Assembly: GCA_963710375.1 (NCBI GenBank) | Contig: CAVPZX010000009.1 | Span: 1 to 64,000 of the forward strand | Direction of reading: 5' to 3' | Origin: Nitrospirota bacterium | GTDB lineage: Bacteria > Nitrospirota > Thermodesulfovibrionia > Thermodesulfovibrionales > Dissulfurispiraceae | DNA: 64,000 bases | Part shown: positions 9,760 to 20,612 of the stretch, piece by piece | How the letters are laid out: every line of letters begins with the position of its first letter | Position numbering within the stretch: position 1 is the first letter of the stretch | Notes under the pieces: generated by a model | Database searches by the model: none | What the model was told of the DNA's origin: nothing | Seen by the model: the letters and a program-made list of their open reading frames with translations, nothing else | Program-made: the position numbers and the translations under genes

Positions 9760-10769
9760 TCGGGAACGATTACCACCTTCAGTGACTCCTCTGCTTCCGA
9801 GACTAATTTAAAACCTTTCCCGATCTCGGAAAGAGGAAGGACATGGGTTATCATCCTGCTTACATTCACCCTGCCTTTTTTAATTAAGTCCAGGGCTTCC
9901 TGAAGGTCTCCGGGAGCTGCGCCGTATGAAAAGGCAACGGCTATCTCGTCTCTCCAGAACCTCATTGATGGGATGCTTATATCTCCCTCCGGAACAGCAA
10001 AAAAGAGTATCCTCCCCCTCCTGTCAACAGATGACACTGCGGCCTCAACCGCTTGTTTAGCTCCGGCGCAAACAATAACACGGTCCGCAAGTCGCCCTCC
10101 GTTTACTTTTTTAAGTTCATCCTCGGAATACTTTTCTGCTCGAAATACATGGTCGGCCCCGAATTCGAGGGCCTTGTTCAACCTGTATTCATTAATATCA
10201 GTTGCAACTACGGTAGCCCCGCGAAGCTTTGCCAACTGTATATGCAGAAGTCCGGAAATACCGGAACCTATTATCAACACAGTATGTGTTCTATCAAGCC
10301 TGATCTGCTTCTGTCCGAGCACCACGCATGCAAGGGGCTCAATCATCGCAGCATCCTCATATTTCATCGCATCGGGCAGGAGAAATGTTCCATACTTCAC
10401 ATTCGCCGCAGGCACACGTATATATTCCGAAAAACCGCCCGGTTCGTAATTTCCAGTATGCAGTGCCTCACATGCCGTATAGTTGCCTTCATCACAATAA
10501 CGGCAGCTGTAGCACGGTACATGATGAGATACAAAGACCCGCTCACCTGTCTTTAATTTCTCCACGCCCTTGCCTGCTTCAACGATCTCTCCGGCCATCT
10601 CATGGCCCAGGACACGCGGGGGCTTTTTTTGCCTGTACCACTGCATGACGTCAGTGCCGCAGATACCGGACGCCATCATCCTGACCAGTATCTCGCCAGG
10701 GGCTATGCGCGGCACAGGGCGTTCCTCTATCCTCACATCGCTGTTGCTGTGGTAAACCGCTACTTTCAT
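9732..10769 (-). CDS. Zn-dependent medium-chain alcohol dehydrogenase (Tdh/sorbitol-like)
   Basis: GICGTD, GHE, CYSCRYC...C structural Zn, GSGISG. Confidence 0.9.
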   Translation of the reverse strand: MKVAVYHSNSDVRIEERPVPRIAPGEILVRMMASGICGTDVMQWYRQKKPPRVLGHEMAGEIVEAGKGVEKLKTGERVFVSHHVPCYSCRYCDEGNYTACEALHTGNYEPGGFSEYIRVPAANVKYGTFLLPDAMKYEDAAMIEPLACVVLGQKQIRLDRTHTVLIIGSGISGLLHIQLAKLRGATVVATDINEYRLNKALEFGADHVFRAEKYSEDELKKVNGGRLADRVIVCAGAKQAVEAAVSSVDRRGRILFFAVPEGDISIPSMRFWRDEIAVAFSYGAAPGDLQEALDLIKKGRVNVSRMITHVLPLSEIGKGFKLVSEAEESLKVVIVPDNYELGIRN

Positions 10770-10797
10770 AAATAAAAACAGGCTACAGCCCGACTTT

Positions 10798-11616
10798 TTA
10801 TACCTTCTCCATTTCAGTATTTATGCGTTCCGTCATCGCTGATTTCTTGCTCCCGTTATAAATATCGAAAGCCTCCTGTGACGTAATCCCCTTATGCACA
10901 ATAGCCCTTACCGCTTTTATCATTCCGGCCGGGCTGTCACTCTGAAAGATGTTTCTTCCCATATCTACACCCTTTGCCCCTGCCCTGATGGCATTTTCAG
11001 TCATCTGCAAGGCTTCCATCTCGGGAAGTTTTTTCCCTCCAGCGATAACAATAGGCACCGGACAGCCTGCAACAACCTCCTCAAAACCATCACAATAATA
11101 AGTTTTGACAATATGTGCGCCTATTTCTGCCGCCATCCTGCATGCAAGCCCTATATACCTGGCATCCTTGCCCATATCTTTCCCAACTGCTGTTATTGCC
11201 AGGACAGGCATACCATACCGTTCCGCCTCGTTGATCAGTCTGCCGAGATTTGCTATAGTCCTGTCTTCATTTTTGGCGCCTACAAAAATAGACATCCCTA
11301 TGCCTGAAGCATTAAGCCTGAGGGCCTCCTCCATTGAGGTCGTTATGTCCTCATTTGACAGCTCGCCCAGGACACTCGGACCTCCGGAAACCCTGAGACA
11401 AATCGAGGTATCGATCCTGGGATCAATGCAATTCCTCAATATCCCCCTGGTGACAAATAGACAATCCGCATGAGGAATTAGAGGGACAATATTCCTCATG
11501 TCCCTTAACCCTGTTGTCGGACCCTGAAAATAGCCGTGGTCCACGGCAAGCATAACGGTTTTGCCGGTTTTCGGATTAAAAATCCTTGAAAGCCTGTTCT
11601 TAATTCCAAAATCCAT
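10798..11616 (-). CDS. lsrF: LsrF-type class I aldolase/thiolase
   Basis: MDFGIKNRLSRIFNPKTGKTVMLAVDHGYFQGPTTGL, KTYYC, IAGGKK, GVDMGRNIFQS. Confidence 0.88.
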   Translation of the reverse strand: MDFGIKNRLSRIFNPKTGKTVMLAVDHGYFQGPTTGLRDMRNIVPLIPHADCLFVTRGILRNCIDPRIDTSICLRVSGGPSVLGELSNEDITTSMEEALRLNASGIGMSIFVGAKNEDRTIANLGRLINEAERYGMPVLAITAVGKDMGKDARYIGLACRMAAEIGAHIVKTYYCDGFEEVVAGCPVPIVIAGGKKLPEMEALQMTENAIRAGAKGVDMGRNIFQSDSPAGMIKAVRAIVHKGITSQEAFDIYNGSKKSAMTERINTEMEKV

Positions 11617-11648
11617 ATATATTCCCTCCTTGCACAAATCTATCCGAC

Positions 11649-11678
11649 AGTATATGAAATGATATAATTATCTGTCAA
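11649..11678 (-). promoter_or_regulatory. Sigma70-type promoter for the lsrF operon
   Basis: TTGACA-18-TATACT on the minus strand. Confidence 0.55.
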
Positions 11679-11703
11679 TTTTATGAAAAAGGCCCGCATA
11701 GGG

Positions 11704-11732
11704 TTGACAAAACAGCCCGTTAAAATTAGAAT
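11704..11732 (+). promoter_or_regulatory. Sigma70-type promoter for yceD-rpmF-plsX-fabH
   Basis: TTGACA-17-TAGAAT. Confidence 0.65.
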
Positions 11733-11768
11733 ATAAATTCAACTCTTTCCGGCGTTTGAGAGTATTAT

Positions 11769-12278
11769 ATGAAAATTGTCATTTCGGAAATCCCTGAAGA
11801 GGGAATAGATGTAGAATTCAACGAAAATATTACGTTGGAGTCTGTAAAAACAGCTTCGCCGATGCATGCTGTTCTGAATATTCGAACAATGGGTTCCGAA
11901 GTGCTGGTGAATGGCATGCTGGAGGGCGAAGTCGAGCAGCTGTGCAGCAGGTGTCTCAATGCATACACCATGAAAGTGCGGCAGCAAATTGATGTTGTAT
12001 ATGAACCTTCAGAGATTATTAATAAAGAAGAGCACCATAAATTGAAGAGGGATGAACTTGACACCGGCTTCTACAAAAATGATACGCTTGATACTGATGA
12101 AGTCCTGGTGGAACAGCTACTTCTCAATTTACCCATGAAGCCGCTCTGTTCCCCGGAGTGTAAAGGCATATGTCCGAGATGTGGGGCCGATTTGAATGTA
12201 TTGAGCTGCAACTGTGATGTTTCAGAAATAGATACGAGATTGAAAGTATTGGAACAGTTATTGAAAAAAAAGGAGTGA
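11769..12278 (+). CDS. yceD: DUF177/YceD family protein
   Basis: CSRCL, PMKPLCSPECKGICPRCGADLN; immediately upstream of rpmF. Confidence 0.9.
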   Translation: MKIVISEIPEEGIDVEFNENITLESVKTASPMHAVLNIRTMGSEVLVNGMLEGEVEQLCSRCLNAYTMKVRQQIDVVYEPSEIINKEEHHKLKRDELDTGFYKNDTLDTDEVLVEQLLLNLPMKPLCSPECKGICPRCGADLNVLSCNCDVSEIDTRLKVLEQLLKKKE

Positions 12279-12281
12279 CCT

Positions 12282-12470
12282 ATGGCAAATCCAACGCACC
12301 GTCATACACGTACAAGAAGGGACAAAAGAAGGGCAAACTGGAAGGGCCAGTCTCCTACCCTTGTCGCCTGTCCTGACTGCAAAGAAATGAAGCAGCCGCA
12401 CCGTGTATGTTCCCACTGCGGGACATACAATGGCAAGAAGATAGTTGAGGTAGTCTCTAAAGAATCATGA
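12282..12470 (+). CDS. rpmF: 50S ribosomal protein L32
   Basis: MANP...RRDKRRANW...CPDC...PHRVCSHCGTYNG. Confidence 0.97.
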   Translation: MANPTHRHTRTRRDKRRANWKGQSPTLVACPDCKEMKQPHRVCSHCGTYNGKKIVEVVSKES

Positions 12471-13483
12471 AGGTTGCCCTCGATGCTATGGGAGGGGATT
12501 TTGCTCCTGAAATGACCATAGCGGGAGCAGTCGAGGCGGTCAACGAGTATGACATAGAGGTTATCCTTGTCGGTGACCATCAGCAGCTGACTGATTCCCT
12601 GAGCGGCAAACGCTATCCGTCTCATAGAATATCCATCGTACATACGTCTGAAGTTGTTGCGATGAATGAATCACCGGCAATGGCGCTCAGGAAAAAGAAG
12701 GATTCCTCGATCCGGGTGGCAATTGAGCTCGTCAAAAGCAATCTCGCCGACGCTGCTGTCAGTGCAGGCAATTCCGGTGTTGCAATGGCAACTTCACTTT
12801 TTATTTTGGGAAAGATTCCCAAGGTGGACAGGCCTGCAATTGCAACGACAATGCCTTCGCTCACAGGTTTTTTTGTGCTGATCGATGCGGGAGCCAATGT
12901 GGACTGCAAACCCGAGAATCTTATGCAATTCGCGCTAATGGGGAATGCGTACTTCAAGGCCCTTTTCGATGTGCCTGACCCCAGGGTCTCTCTCCTGAGC
13001 ATAGGTGAGGAAGATACAAAGGGGAATGAACTCACCAAAGAGACTTTCAAACTGCTCAAGCATGCGGGCCTTAATTTTAGAGGCAACATTGAGGGAAAGG
13101 ATATTTTTTCGGGAAATGCGGATGTAATTGTGTGCGATGGTTTCATCGGCAACATTGTTTTGAAAGTAAGTGAAGGGCTCGCCGAGGCCATCATGAAGAT
13201 GCTCAAAAGGGAGATCATAAGTGCCGCTACCGGAAAGATGGGTTACCTGATGATTAAACCCGCCATTCGGAACTTCAGAAAGAGGACCGATTATTCGGAG
13301 TATGGCGGCGCTCCGCTCCTCGGAATAAACGGTACATGCATAATAAGCCACGGACGTTCCTCTTCAAAAGCCATAAAAAATGCCATACGGGTGTCTGCCG
13401 AGATGGCAAAGAAAAAAGTACACGAAAATATTGCGCGTACTCTTGGCGAGTATGCACAGATAAAGATTGCGGAAGGTATATAG
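12467..13483 (+). CDS. plsX: Phosphate acyltransferase PlsX
   Basis: ALDAMGGDFAP, SAGNSG, DAGANVD, YGGAPLLG, HGRS. Confidence 0.97.
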   Translation: MKVALDAMGGDFAPEMTIAGAVEAVNEYDIEVILVGDHQQLTDSLSGKRYPSHRISIVHTSEVVAMNESPAMALRKKKDSSIRVAIELVKSNLADAAVSAGNSGVAMATSLFILGKIPKVDRPAIATTMPSLTGFFVLIDAGANVDCKPENLMQFALMGNAYFKALFDVPDPRVSLLSIGEEDTKGNELTKETFKLLKHAGLNFRGNIEGKDIFSGNADVIVCDGFIGNIVLKVSEGLAEAIMKMLKREIISAATGKMGYLMIKPAIRNFRKRTDYSEYGGAPLLGINGTCIISHGRSSSKAIKNAIRVSAEMAKKKVHENIARTLGEYAQIKIAEGI

Positions 13484-13486
13484 ATT

Positions 13487-14467
13487 ATGGTCAGAGCGCG
13501 TATAATAGCAACAGGATCCTATGCTCCTGAAAAAGTGCTGACAAATTTTGATTTGGAAAAAATTGTCCCCACTACTGACGAATGGATTACAGATCGCACC
13601 GGGATAAAAGAGCGGCGAATAGCTAGGGAGGACCAGGCCACCTCAGACCTGGCATTTGAGGCCTCGAAAAATGCCCTGAAATCCGCGGGCCTCAAGGCAA
13701 AAGAACTGGACCTTATCATCGTCGCAACCTGTACCCCCGATTCGCTTCTCCCGTCAACTGCCTGTATTCTTCAACACCGGCTGGATGCAAAAAAAGCAGC
13801 TGCTTTTGATATAAATGCTGCGTGTTCGGGCTTTATCTACGGCCTTTCGGTTGCAAACAGCTTCATACTGTCAGGACAGTACAAAAAAATACTTCTGGTG
13901 GGCGCGGAAGCGCTTTCGCGTGTGACAGATTGGGAGGACAGGAACACCTGCGTTATTTTCGGAGACGGCGCAGGAGCAGTTATCCTTGAGGCCGTTACCG
14001 GAGAGAATGGCATTCTTTCCACACATCTCCATGCTGACGGAAGTTTGGGTGATTTATTAATCATTCCCGGAGGCGGATCAAGATATCCCGCGACAAAAGA
14101 AACAGTCGGCAAAAAAATGCACTATATAAAAATGAAAGGCAATGAGACCTTCAAAGTTGCGGTAAAGGTCCTCGAAAATCTCGTCACCGAGACGTTAAAG
14201 CAAAACAATCTTAAACCCTCTCAGCTCGCATCCCTAATACCCCATCAGGCGAACCTGAGGATCATCCAGGCCACAGCAGCCAGGCTGGGTTTCTCAATGG
14301 ATAAGGTCGTCATCAACCTCGACCGCTACGGTAATACGTCCGCAGCTTCAATCCCCATAGCGCTCGATGAGGCAGTGAGGAGCGGAAGGATCAGAAAAGA
14401 CGATTACCTGCTCCTGGAAGCCTTCGGCGGCGGGCTTACCTGGGGATCTGCCCTAATCAGGTGGTAG
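13487..14467 (+). CDS. fabH: 3-oxoacyl-ACP synthase III
   Basis: AACSGF, FGDGAGA, PHQANLRI, GNTSAAS, FGGGLTWG. Confidence 0.97.
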   Translation: MVRARIIATGSYAPEKVLTNFDLEKIVPTTDEWITDRTGIKERRIAREDQATSDLAFEASKNALKSAGLKAKELDLIIVATCTPDSLLPSTACILQHRLDAKKAAAFDINAACSGFIYGLSVANSFILSGQYKKILLVGAEALSRVTDWEDRNTCVIFGDGAGAVILEAVTGENGILSTHLHADGSLGDLLIIPGGGSRYPATKETVGKKMHYIKMKGNETFKVAVKVLENLVTETLKQNNLKPSQLASLIPHQANLRIIQATAARLGFSMDKVVINLDRYGNTSAASIPIALDEAVRSGRIRKDDYLLLEAFGGGLTWGSALIRW

Positions 14468-14483
14468 TTTAGTACTTCTTTAG

Positions 14484-14672
14484 CCCACATTATTCATAAA
14501 TTTATACAAGAAGCAGTCAAGCCACAGTGCTTCACTCATTCTCGCAAGGCATCCAGCCTTGCTCCGAGGCTATGACAGCCTGTGTCACCGTCCTTGGTGT
14601 CACTTAGGCTGTCAAAGTCCGCTCAGCACCATGTCCCGCCTGCTTCTTGTATAAATTTATGAATAATGTGAG
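14484..14672. mobile_element. MITE, about 189 bp, with 33-bp terminal inverted repeats and TTAG target duplication
   Basis: CACATTATTCATAAATTTATACAAGAAGCAG (14486-14516) is perfectly inverted at 14640-14670; TTAG at 14480-14483 and 14673-14676; internal hairpins. Confidence 0.75.
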
Positions 14673-15438
14673 TTAGCGCTTCTCAAAAAAAGGTTTCAGC
14701 ATTTCTATAGGGAGCGGGAATATTATAGTCGAATTCTTCTCGGTTGCTATTTCCGTAAGCGTCTGCAGGTATCTCGAGCTGCAGCGTGGCCGGCTCGGAT
14801 GAAATTATTTTAGCAGCATCAGCAAGCTTCTGCGAGGCCTGATATTCTCCTTCAGCATGAATTATCTTTGCCCGCCGTTCCCTTTCCGCCTCAGCCTGTT
14901 TTGCGATGGCCCTCAGCATCTCCTGGGGCAGATCGACATTTTTAACTTCGACTGCGCTGACTTTAACACCCCATGGCTCCGTCTGCTGATCGATTACGCG
15001 CTGCAGTTCCACATTCAGTTGATCACGTTTTGCGAGCAGATCATCGAGCTGGCTCTGGCCGAGAATGCTTCTCAGTGATGTCTGTGATATTTGAGAAGTG
15101 GCAAAATTAAAATCCTCAACTTCGGTAATTGCCCGTATAGGGTCAACCGGTCTGAAATAGATTACCGCATTGACTTTAACAGTTATATTGTCTTTCGTAA
15201 TAATATCCTGCGACGGAACGTCCATTGTGACTGTCCGCAGGCTCACTCTTACAAGCTTATCGATGATAGGAAATATCAGAACTAGGCCGGGACCCTTCAA
15301 AGGAATTATCCTCCCGAGCCTGAATACTACACCTCGCTCATATTCTTTAAGTATTCTTATCGCACTCCCAAGTATATAGAGCACAATTATAATAATGAAA
15401 ACCAGGCTCAACGATATCTCATTGAAGGGTGTTCCCAT
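14673..15438 (-). CDS. SPFH/stomatin-like (slipin) protein, frameshift near 14776 close to the C-terminus
   Basis: [32 protein letters not shown]; removing one base restores [25 protein letters not shown]. Confidence 0.88.
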
Positions 15439-15612
15439 AAAACCTCCTGTGACAGACAACGGATTAATTGTTTAATTTTAAAGCTCTCTCATACCAAACA
15501 GAGATGCTGCCCTCATATGGTAACCAAGGATAGTATACCCTAAGCACGCATTCTTTCAACATAAATGCTCTGCGTGTCGGAACATTGAACCACAACTCTT
15601 TGCGAAAGCTCT

Positions 15613-16845
15613 TCATGACCGGCCTCCTGAGGGCTGTTTCGGCATGTACTTGTATTCGGCCTTCAGTTCCGCCATGACTGCTTCGGAAAGTATCTTTGCC
15701 GGTTGTCCCGTCTTTTTAGAAAGCGCTTTCAGGTCGGAGAATTCAGGAGAAATATTGATAACAGCGCCTTCCATCCGGGCTATCTTTATCCTCACTTCGC
15801 CGAATCCGGTCTTGATTTTTCTGATCTCCCTGGTGAGCACTTTGCGTCCCACCCCGTAAAATCTAAGGCCGATAGTAGTCGTTTCATTGAAAATCAGGGC
15901 AGCAATGTCCTCACGCTTATTTTCATCGGTGAGAACGGTCAGTTTTATGGCCGGCCGCCCTTTTTTCATTATGATATTCTCCAAAAACACATCCAGAGCG
16001 CCAGCTTCAAAGAGCTTATCTATAACATCTTCGTAAAGCTGCGGGTTCATGTCATCTATATTGGTCTCGATAACCGTTACCTCTGTATCGGACGGTTTCC
16101 GAAAGGCCGGGAGATCTGTACCAGCTGTATCCCCGACAAATATCCTGAGCAAATTGGGCAGACCCTCGAAATCCTTATTGCCGGCCCCATAGCCTATATG
16201 CCCGGTCCGCATGGATGGAACAGGAAGAGCTTCAGCTGACAGCCCCTTTAAGATAGCCGCTCCGGTCGGAGTGGTCAGCTCAAAAGGAATGCCGGATGCA
16301 TACACCGGGTACCCCCTCAAAAGCTCGGCTGTTGCAGGGGCCGGCACAGGTAACGTCCCATGACAGCACTTTACCGTACCGCTTCCCGTATTGACAGGAG
16401 ATGTAAATACTCTCTGCACTCCAAGGAGATCAAGCCCGATCAGCGTTCCGAAGATGTCAACCATGCAATCTATTCCACCAAGCTCATGCAGATGCACTGC
16501 TTCAAAGCCTTTGCCGTGCACCTTTGCCTCTGCCTCAAAAAGTCCCTTGAAAACCTGCAGTCCCTGAAGCCGTATTTTCTCCTTGAGTTTCGATTTATTG
16601 ATGATTGCCTTTATATCCTTCCACTGCAACGGCGAGACCTTATCCCCTTTATCAAGCACCACATCAACCTTCGTGGCTGCAACGCCTGATCGTGAAACCC
16701 GGGTTGCCTTGATATGATACTGTCTCACAGGGAGCCTCTTAAGCAATAAACCGAGTTCTTCAATACTGACACCTGCATCCACAAGCGCGCCGAGGCACAT
16801 GTCTCCGCTTATCCCTGAAAAACAGTCGAAATATGCTATCTTCAT
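15613..16845 (-). CDS. larC: Nickel pincer cofactor biosynthesis protein LarC
   Basis: YFDCFSGISGDMCLGAL, HLHELGG, HGTLPVPAPAT, ELTTPTGA, ETNIDD, MKKGRP, ETTTIGLR. Confidence 0.93.
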   Translation of the reverse strand: MKIAYFDCFSGISGDMCLGALVDAGVSIEELGLLLKRLPVRQYHIKATRVSRSGVAATKVDVVLDKGDKVSPLQWKDIKAIINKSKLKEKIRLQGLQVFKGLFEAEAKVHGKGFEAVHLHELGGIDCMVDIFGTLIGLDLLGVQRVFTSPVNTGSGTVKCCHGTLPVPAPATAELLRGYPVYASGIPFELTTPTGAAILKGLSAEALPVPSMRTGHIGYGAGNKDFEGLPNLLRIFVGDTAGTDLPAFRKPSDTEVTVIETNIDDMNPQLYEDVIDKLFEAGALDVFLENIIMKKGRPAIKLTVLTDENKREDIAALIFNETTTIGLRFYGVGRKVLTREIRKIKTGFGEVRIKIARMEGAVINISPEFSDLKALSKKTGQPAKILSEAVMAELKAEYKYMPKQPSGGRS

Positions 16846-17033
16846 TAGACTATTGTACAATATTCAGAGCATATGAGTTAATGAGTAGACTCAATGGGGT
16901 GTAGATGAAAAAAAGCAATTCATCCGTTCAGGTTGTGGAGTTTTGCATACACGGTGAACTTACCCTTGGTTTTTTTAAACAGGAATTTGATAAACTATAA
17001 CACTTAAAATATGTCTCTATTCATTCTGATGGT

Positions 17034-17106
17034 GCCGGGATAGCACAGTTGGTAGTGCAGCTGATTCGTAATCAGCAGGTCGTCGGTTCGAGTCCGATTC
17101 CCGGCT
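17034..17106 (+). tRNA. tRNA-Thr(CGT), CCA not encoded
   Basis: GCCGGGATAGCACAGTTGGTAGTGCAGCTGATT-CGT-AATCAGCAGGTCGTCGGTTCGAGTCCGATTCCCGGCT. Confidence 0.97.
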
Positions 17107-17197
17107 TTCTTTTTTCAATCAATTACAATGACTATAAAAATTGGATCTCGTCTTTATCTTTTATTAAGCCGGAGGTGTATTTGCTAAGGTATTTGAA

Positions 17198-18162
17198 CTA
17201 CAGCGAGAGCAATATATTTTTATGCGGCAGACTATCCTCATGAGATTTCACGGGAATACCGGCTTCAGCGGCAGCCTGTGAAATCTCAATAGGGAACCCT
17301 CGCATGTCGCCGAGTGCATTTAAAAGTTTAACGGAATTGACCAGGCCAAGAAGATGTTTCTTCAGCAACAGTGAGATTGCCATTTTGAAACGAGCCTCGT
17401 AATTTACGCTGTTGTCCTTGTGCAGTTCTATATATACTTTCCCTTCACTTACTCCTATCTTCACCGGCTGGCTCACAATCGTGACCTGTGTATCCTTGGC
17501 CACCATCCTGAAAAGTTTAGGGATATCTTCAGGATAGAGCCTTAAGCAACCGTGACTTGCCTTCCTCCCGACAGCATAAGGCCTGTTCGTACCATGAATG
17601 AGAATGCTTGGAATTGAAAGACGCAGGGCATGGGTCCCCATGGGGTTATGGGGTCCTGCAGGCACAACAGCAGGCAGTTCAGGGTGTGCCTTTCTAATTG
17701 ATGCAGGCACATACCAGGCCGGATTAGTTATTTTCTCTATAATCCTGAATGAGCCCAGGGGAGTTTCGGTGCCTTCATCGCCGATGCCGATCGGGAAAGT
17801 CGCAACTTGCCGTCTCCCCCCTGACTGAAGAAGTAGTACAGCCTTAACTCTGAAATATTGATAACGATGCCGTCATAGGCTTGAACGTCTGGTATTATCC
17901 ATGATATGGGCAAAATGACGGTCTTGCCTTGTCCGGGGACAAAGGGATCAAGGCCGGGATTCGCATCGACTATTTCATTGTAGCCAAGGTCGAAATGCCG
18001 TGCCAGCTCTATAAGTGACTCATTCTCATGCTCAATTGTATAGGTCTTGATAGTGCCGATAACTGTACTATTTTGACCATAGAGGTATGTTTCGGCGCCT
18101 TCTGCAGCAGAAAGTGATACCAGAATAAAGACGATGGCTAAACAATATGCCACGGTTCGCAT
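17198..18162 (-). CDS. L,D-transpeptidase (ErfK/YbiS family with LysM-like domain), frameshift at a G6 run near 17816-17821
   Basis: Signal peptide, IVDANPGLDP, IVINISELRLYYF, PAGPHNPMG, IHGTN...SHGCLRL. Confidence 0.88.
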
Positions 18163-18284
18163 AACAACCTTAATGATAAATGACCGCCGGTCATGAATGC
18201 AATACAGAAAAACAGAAAAAAACAAACTTACCCGCTACCAAAACTGATAATTACTTTATAATACGGCTATTGAGGGAGGAGCAT

Positions 18285-18716
18285 ATGGGAATATTTTCGG
18301 TCAGCCAGACAAAAGAAAAGGCCCTCAGGGCCAAAATGGAGGCGTTGAATGTACGTGAAGAGGACATCCAGGAATCCTTTATTCGCTCGGGCGGCAAAGG
18401 AGGCCAGCATGTGAACAAGACCTCGACATGTGTTTATCTCAAACACCTGCCGACCGGCATAGAGGTCAAGTACCAGAAGGAAAGGTCACAGGCCCTGAAC
18501 CGTTATCTAGCGCGTGCGCTTCTTGTCAGCAAGATCGAGCAGATGGTAAAGGGGGCGGAAAGTGAAGAGATGAAGAGGATAGAAAAAATACGCCGCCAGA
18601 AAAGAAAACGCTCCAGGAAAGCAAAAGAAAAAATGCTGGCAGATAAGGCAAAGGTGTCTGAAAAGAAAAAAATGCGCTCCAGCCGATTCAATGAATCCGG
18701 AGAAAGTGACTCTTAA
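18285..18716 (+). CDS. RF-1 domain peptidyl-tRNA hydrolase, ArfB-like ribosome rescue factor
   Basis: RSGGKGGQHVNKT (GGQ motif) and basic C-terminal tail. Confidence 0.82.
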   Translation: MGIFSVSQTKEKALRAKMEALNVREEDIQESFIRSGGKGGQHVNKTSTCVYLKHLPTGIEVKYQKERSQALNRYLARALLVSKIEQMVKGAESEEMKRIEKIRRQKRKRSRKAKEKMLADKAKVSEKKKMRSSRFNESGESDS

Positions 18717-20586
18717 ACTTTTCTGTCCAAAATTTCTCTTATTTTGGTAAGAAGGTCATGCGGCGTAACAGGTTTTGAGACGAAATCAGTTTTTTCTTCT
18801 AAGATACCCCTTTTGTGGATGATATCAGTCTGTATACCCGCTGATGTAAAGAATCTTGATATCAGGTTTCATCTTTTTTATCTCATCACTGGCTTCCTTG
18901 CCGCTTTTCTTAGGCATTATGACGTCAAGTATGGCAAGCTGAATACACTCTTTATTCTCCTCGAACTTATTAATGGCATCCTCTCCGTCCACTGCCTCTA
19001 TTACCTTGTATCCAGATTGCTCAAGCACTTTCTTTGTAAGCAATCTCACGTCTTCATTATCTTCTGAAACAAGTATTGTCTCTGTTCCGCCTTTTGGGAT
19101 GATCACTTCTGCGATCGTTTCCTGAGAGACCGGTGATTTGATAAGAGGCAGATATATTTTGAAAGTGGTGCCTTTACCGGGCTCACTGTAAACATATATA
19201 TTGCCGTTGTGCTGCTTGACTATCCCGTATACAAGTGCAAGTCCGAGACCTGTTCCCTTTCCCAATTCCTTGGTTGTAAAAAAAGGCTCAAATATCCTCT
19301 GCCTGGTCTTTTCATCCATGCCGATGCCTGTATCAGTTATAGATACAAGCGCATACATGCCCATTTTCTCAATATCATGCGTTTTGCCATATTCCTCATT
19401 GAGCTGCGCCTTTTCAGTGCTTATGGACAGCAGTCCTCCCATGGGCATGGCATCACGCGCATTTGTGATCAGATTCATAAAGACCTGTTCTGCCTGTCCC
19501 GGGTCCACCATTACAAATAAATTTTCATCTGAAAGTGTTAATTGCAGCTCGATATCCTCACCGATCACACTCTGCAAGAGCCTGTCCATTCCCGTGATAA
19601 GCCCGTTTAAATCCACCTGCTTTGGACTGATCACCTGTTTTCTGCTGAATGCAAGGAGCTGCCTTGTAAGATTTGCCGACTTCTCTGCCGAGCTCGAGTA
19701 TATGTTCCACAAGCGGCTTTAATTGGCCATCTTCCCCCAGGTTATTTTTTAAAAGACTACCATAGCCTATTATTGCGGTAAGCATATTATTGAAGTCATG
19801 GGCAATGCCTCCCGCAAGCTCTCCAATTGCCTCTAACTTTTGGGCCTGCCTGAGCTGTTCTTCAAGTTTCCTCTTTTCAGTAATATCGATAATGATCTCT
19901 ATTACCGAAAGTGTGTCGCCTGAATTGTCTTTCAATGGATACGCCTTTGTCTCAACGTAAATAATATTATCTTCCCTGTCCAGGTGGGTATGAATTGCGC
20001 TATGTGGCTGGCCCGTCATAAAAGTTTGTCTTACCGCACAATCCTCTCCCGTCTCATAACATGGGCTGGATAAGTGATGCGAAGTCTTATGGCACTTCGA
20101 CCCTATTATGCCCTCCGGTGGCATACCTACCTTATTAAGATAGGCCTGATTTGCAGATACGATTGTGTATTCACGGTCTATGACGACAAATGCCTCGTCA
20201 ATAGTATCAAGGATGTTCTTTGTAAAGTCATGCGCCTTCTTAAGATTGGCTTCGCTTTCCCGCAATGCCGCTTCGGACCTCTTAATCGAGAGAAAGATAG
20301 GTTTAATCGAAATAACGCCTGCAAGCATGATTGCCGAACCTGCAAGACCGGCAATTTCATAACCGAGTTCCGTTATATGCGGCGCACCATCGGCAAGCAA
20401 ATACAAGAACGATATTAACCGCCGTATGCCCATGGTTGCAATCCCGATTGATAAAAATACCCAGGCTTTCTTCGGACCGGTGACAGGAATCATTTTTAAT
20501 GCGAAAACAATAGTAAGGATCTGCAAAAAAAATGAAATACCAACCACTGCGGTAACTAACATTGTATCTATCCCCTTGCCCGTCAC
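18713..20586 (-). CDS. Membrane PAS hybrid sensor kinase, frameshifts near 19695 and 18829
   Basis: TM region, PAS, AHDFNN; HATPase and receiver in ORF 18825-19712; C-terminal FVSKPVTPHDLLTKIREIL in a third frame. Confidence 0.85.
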
Positions 20587-20612
20587 TGACGCTATCGAAT
20601 TTGATAAAAGAA

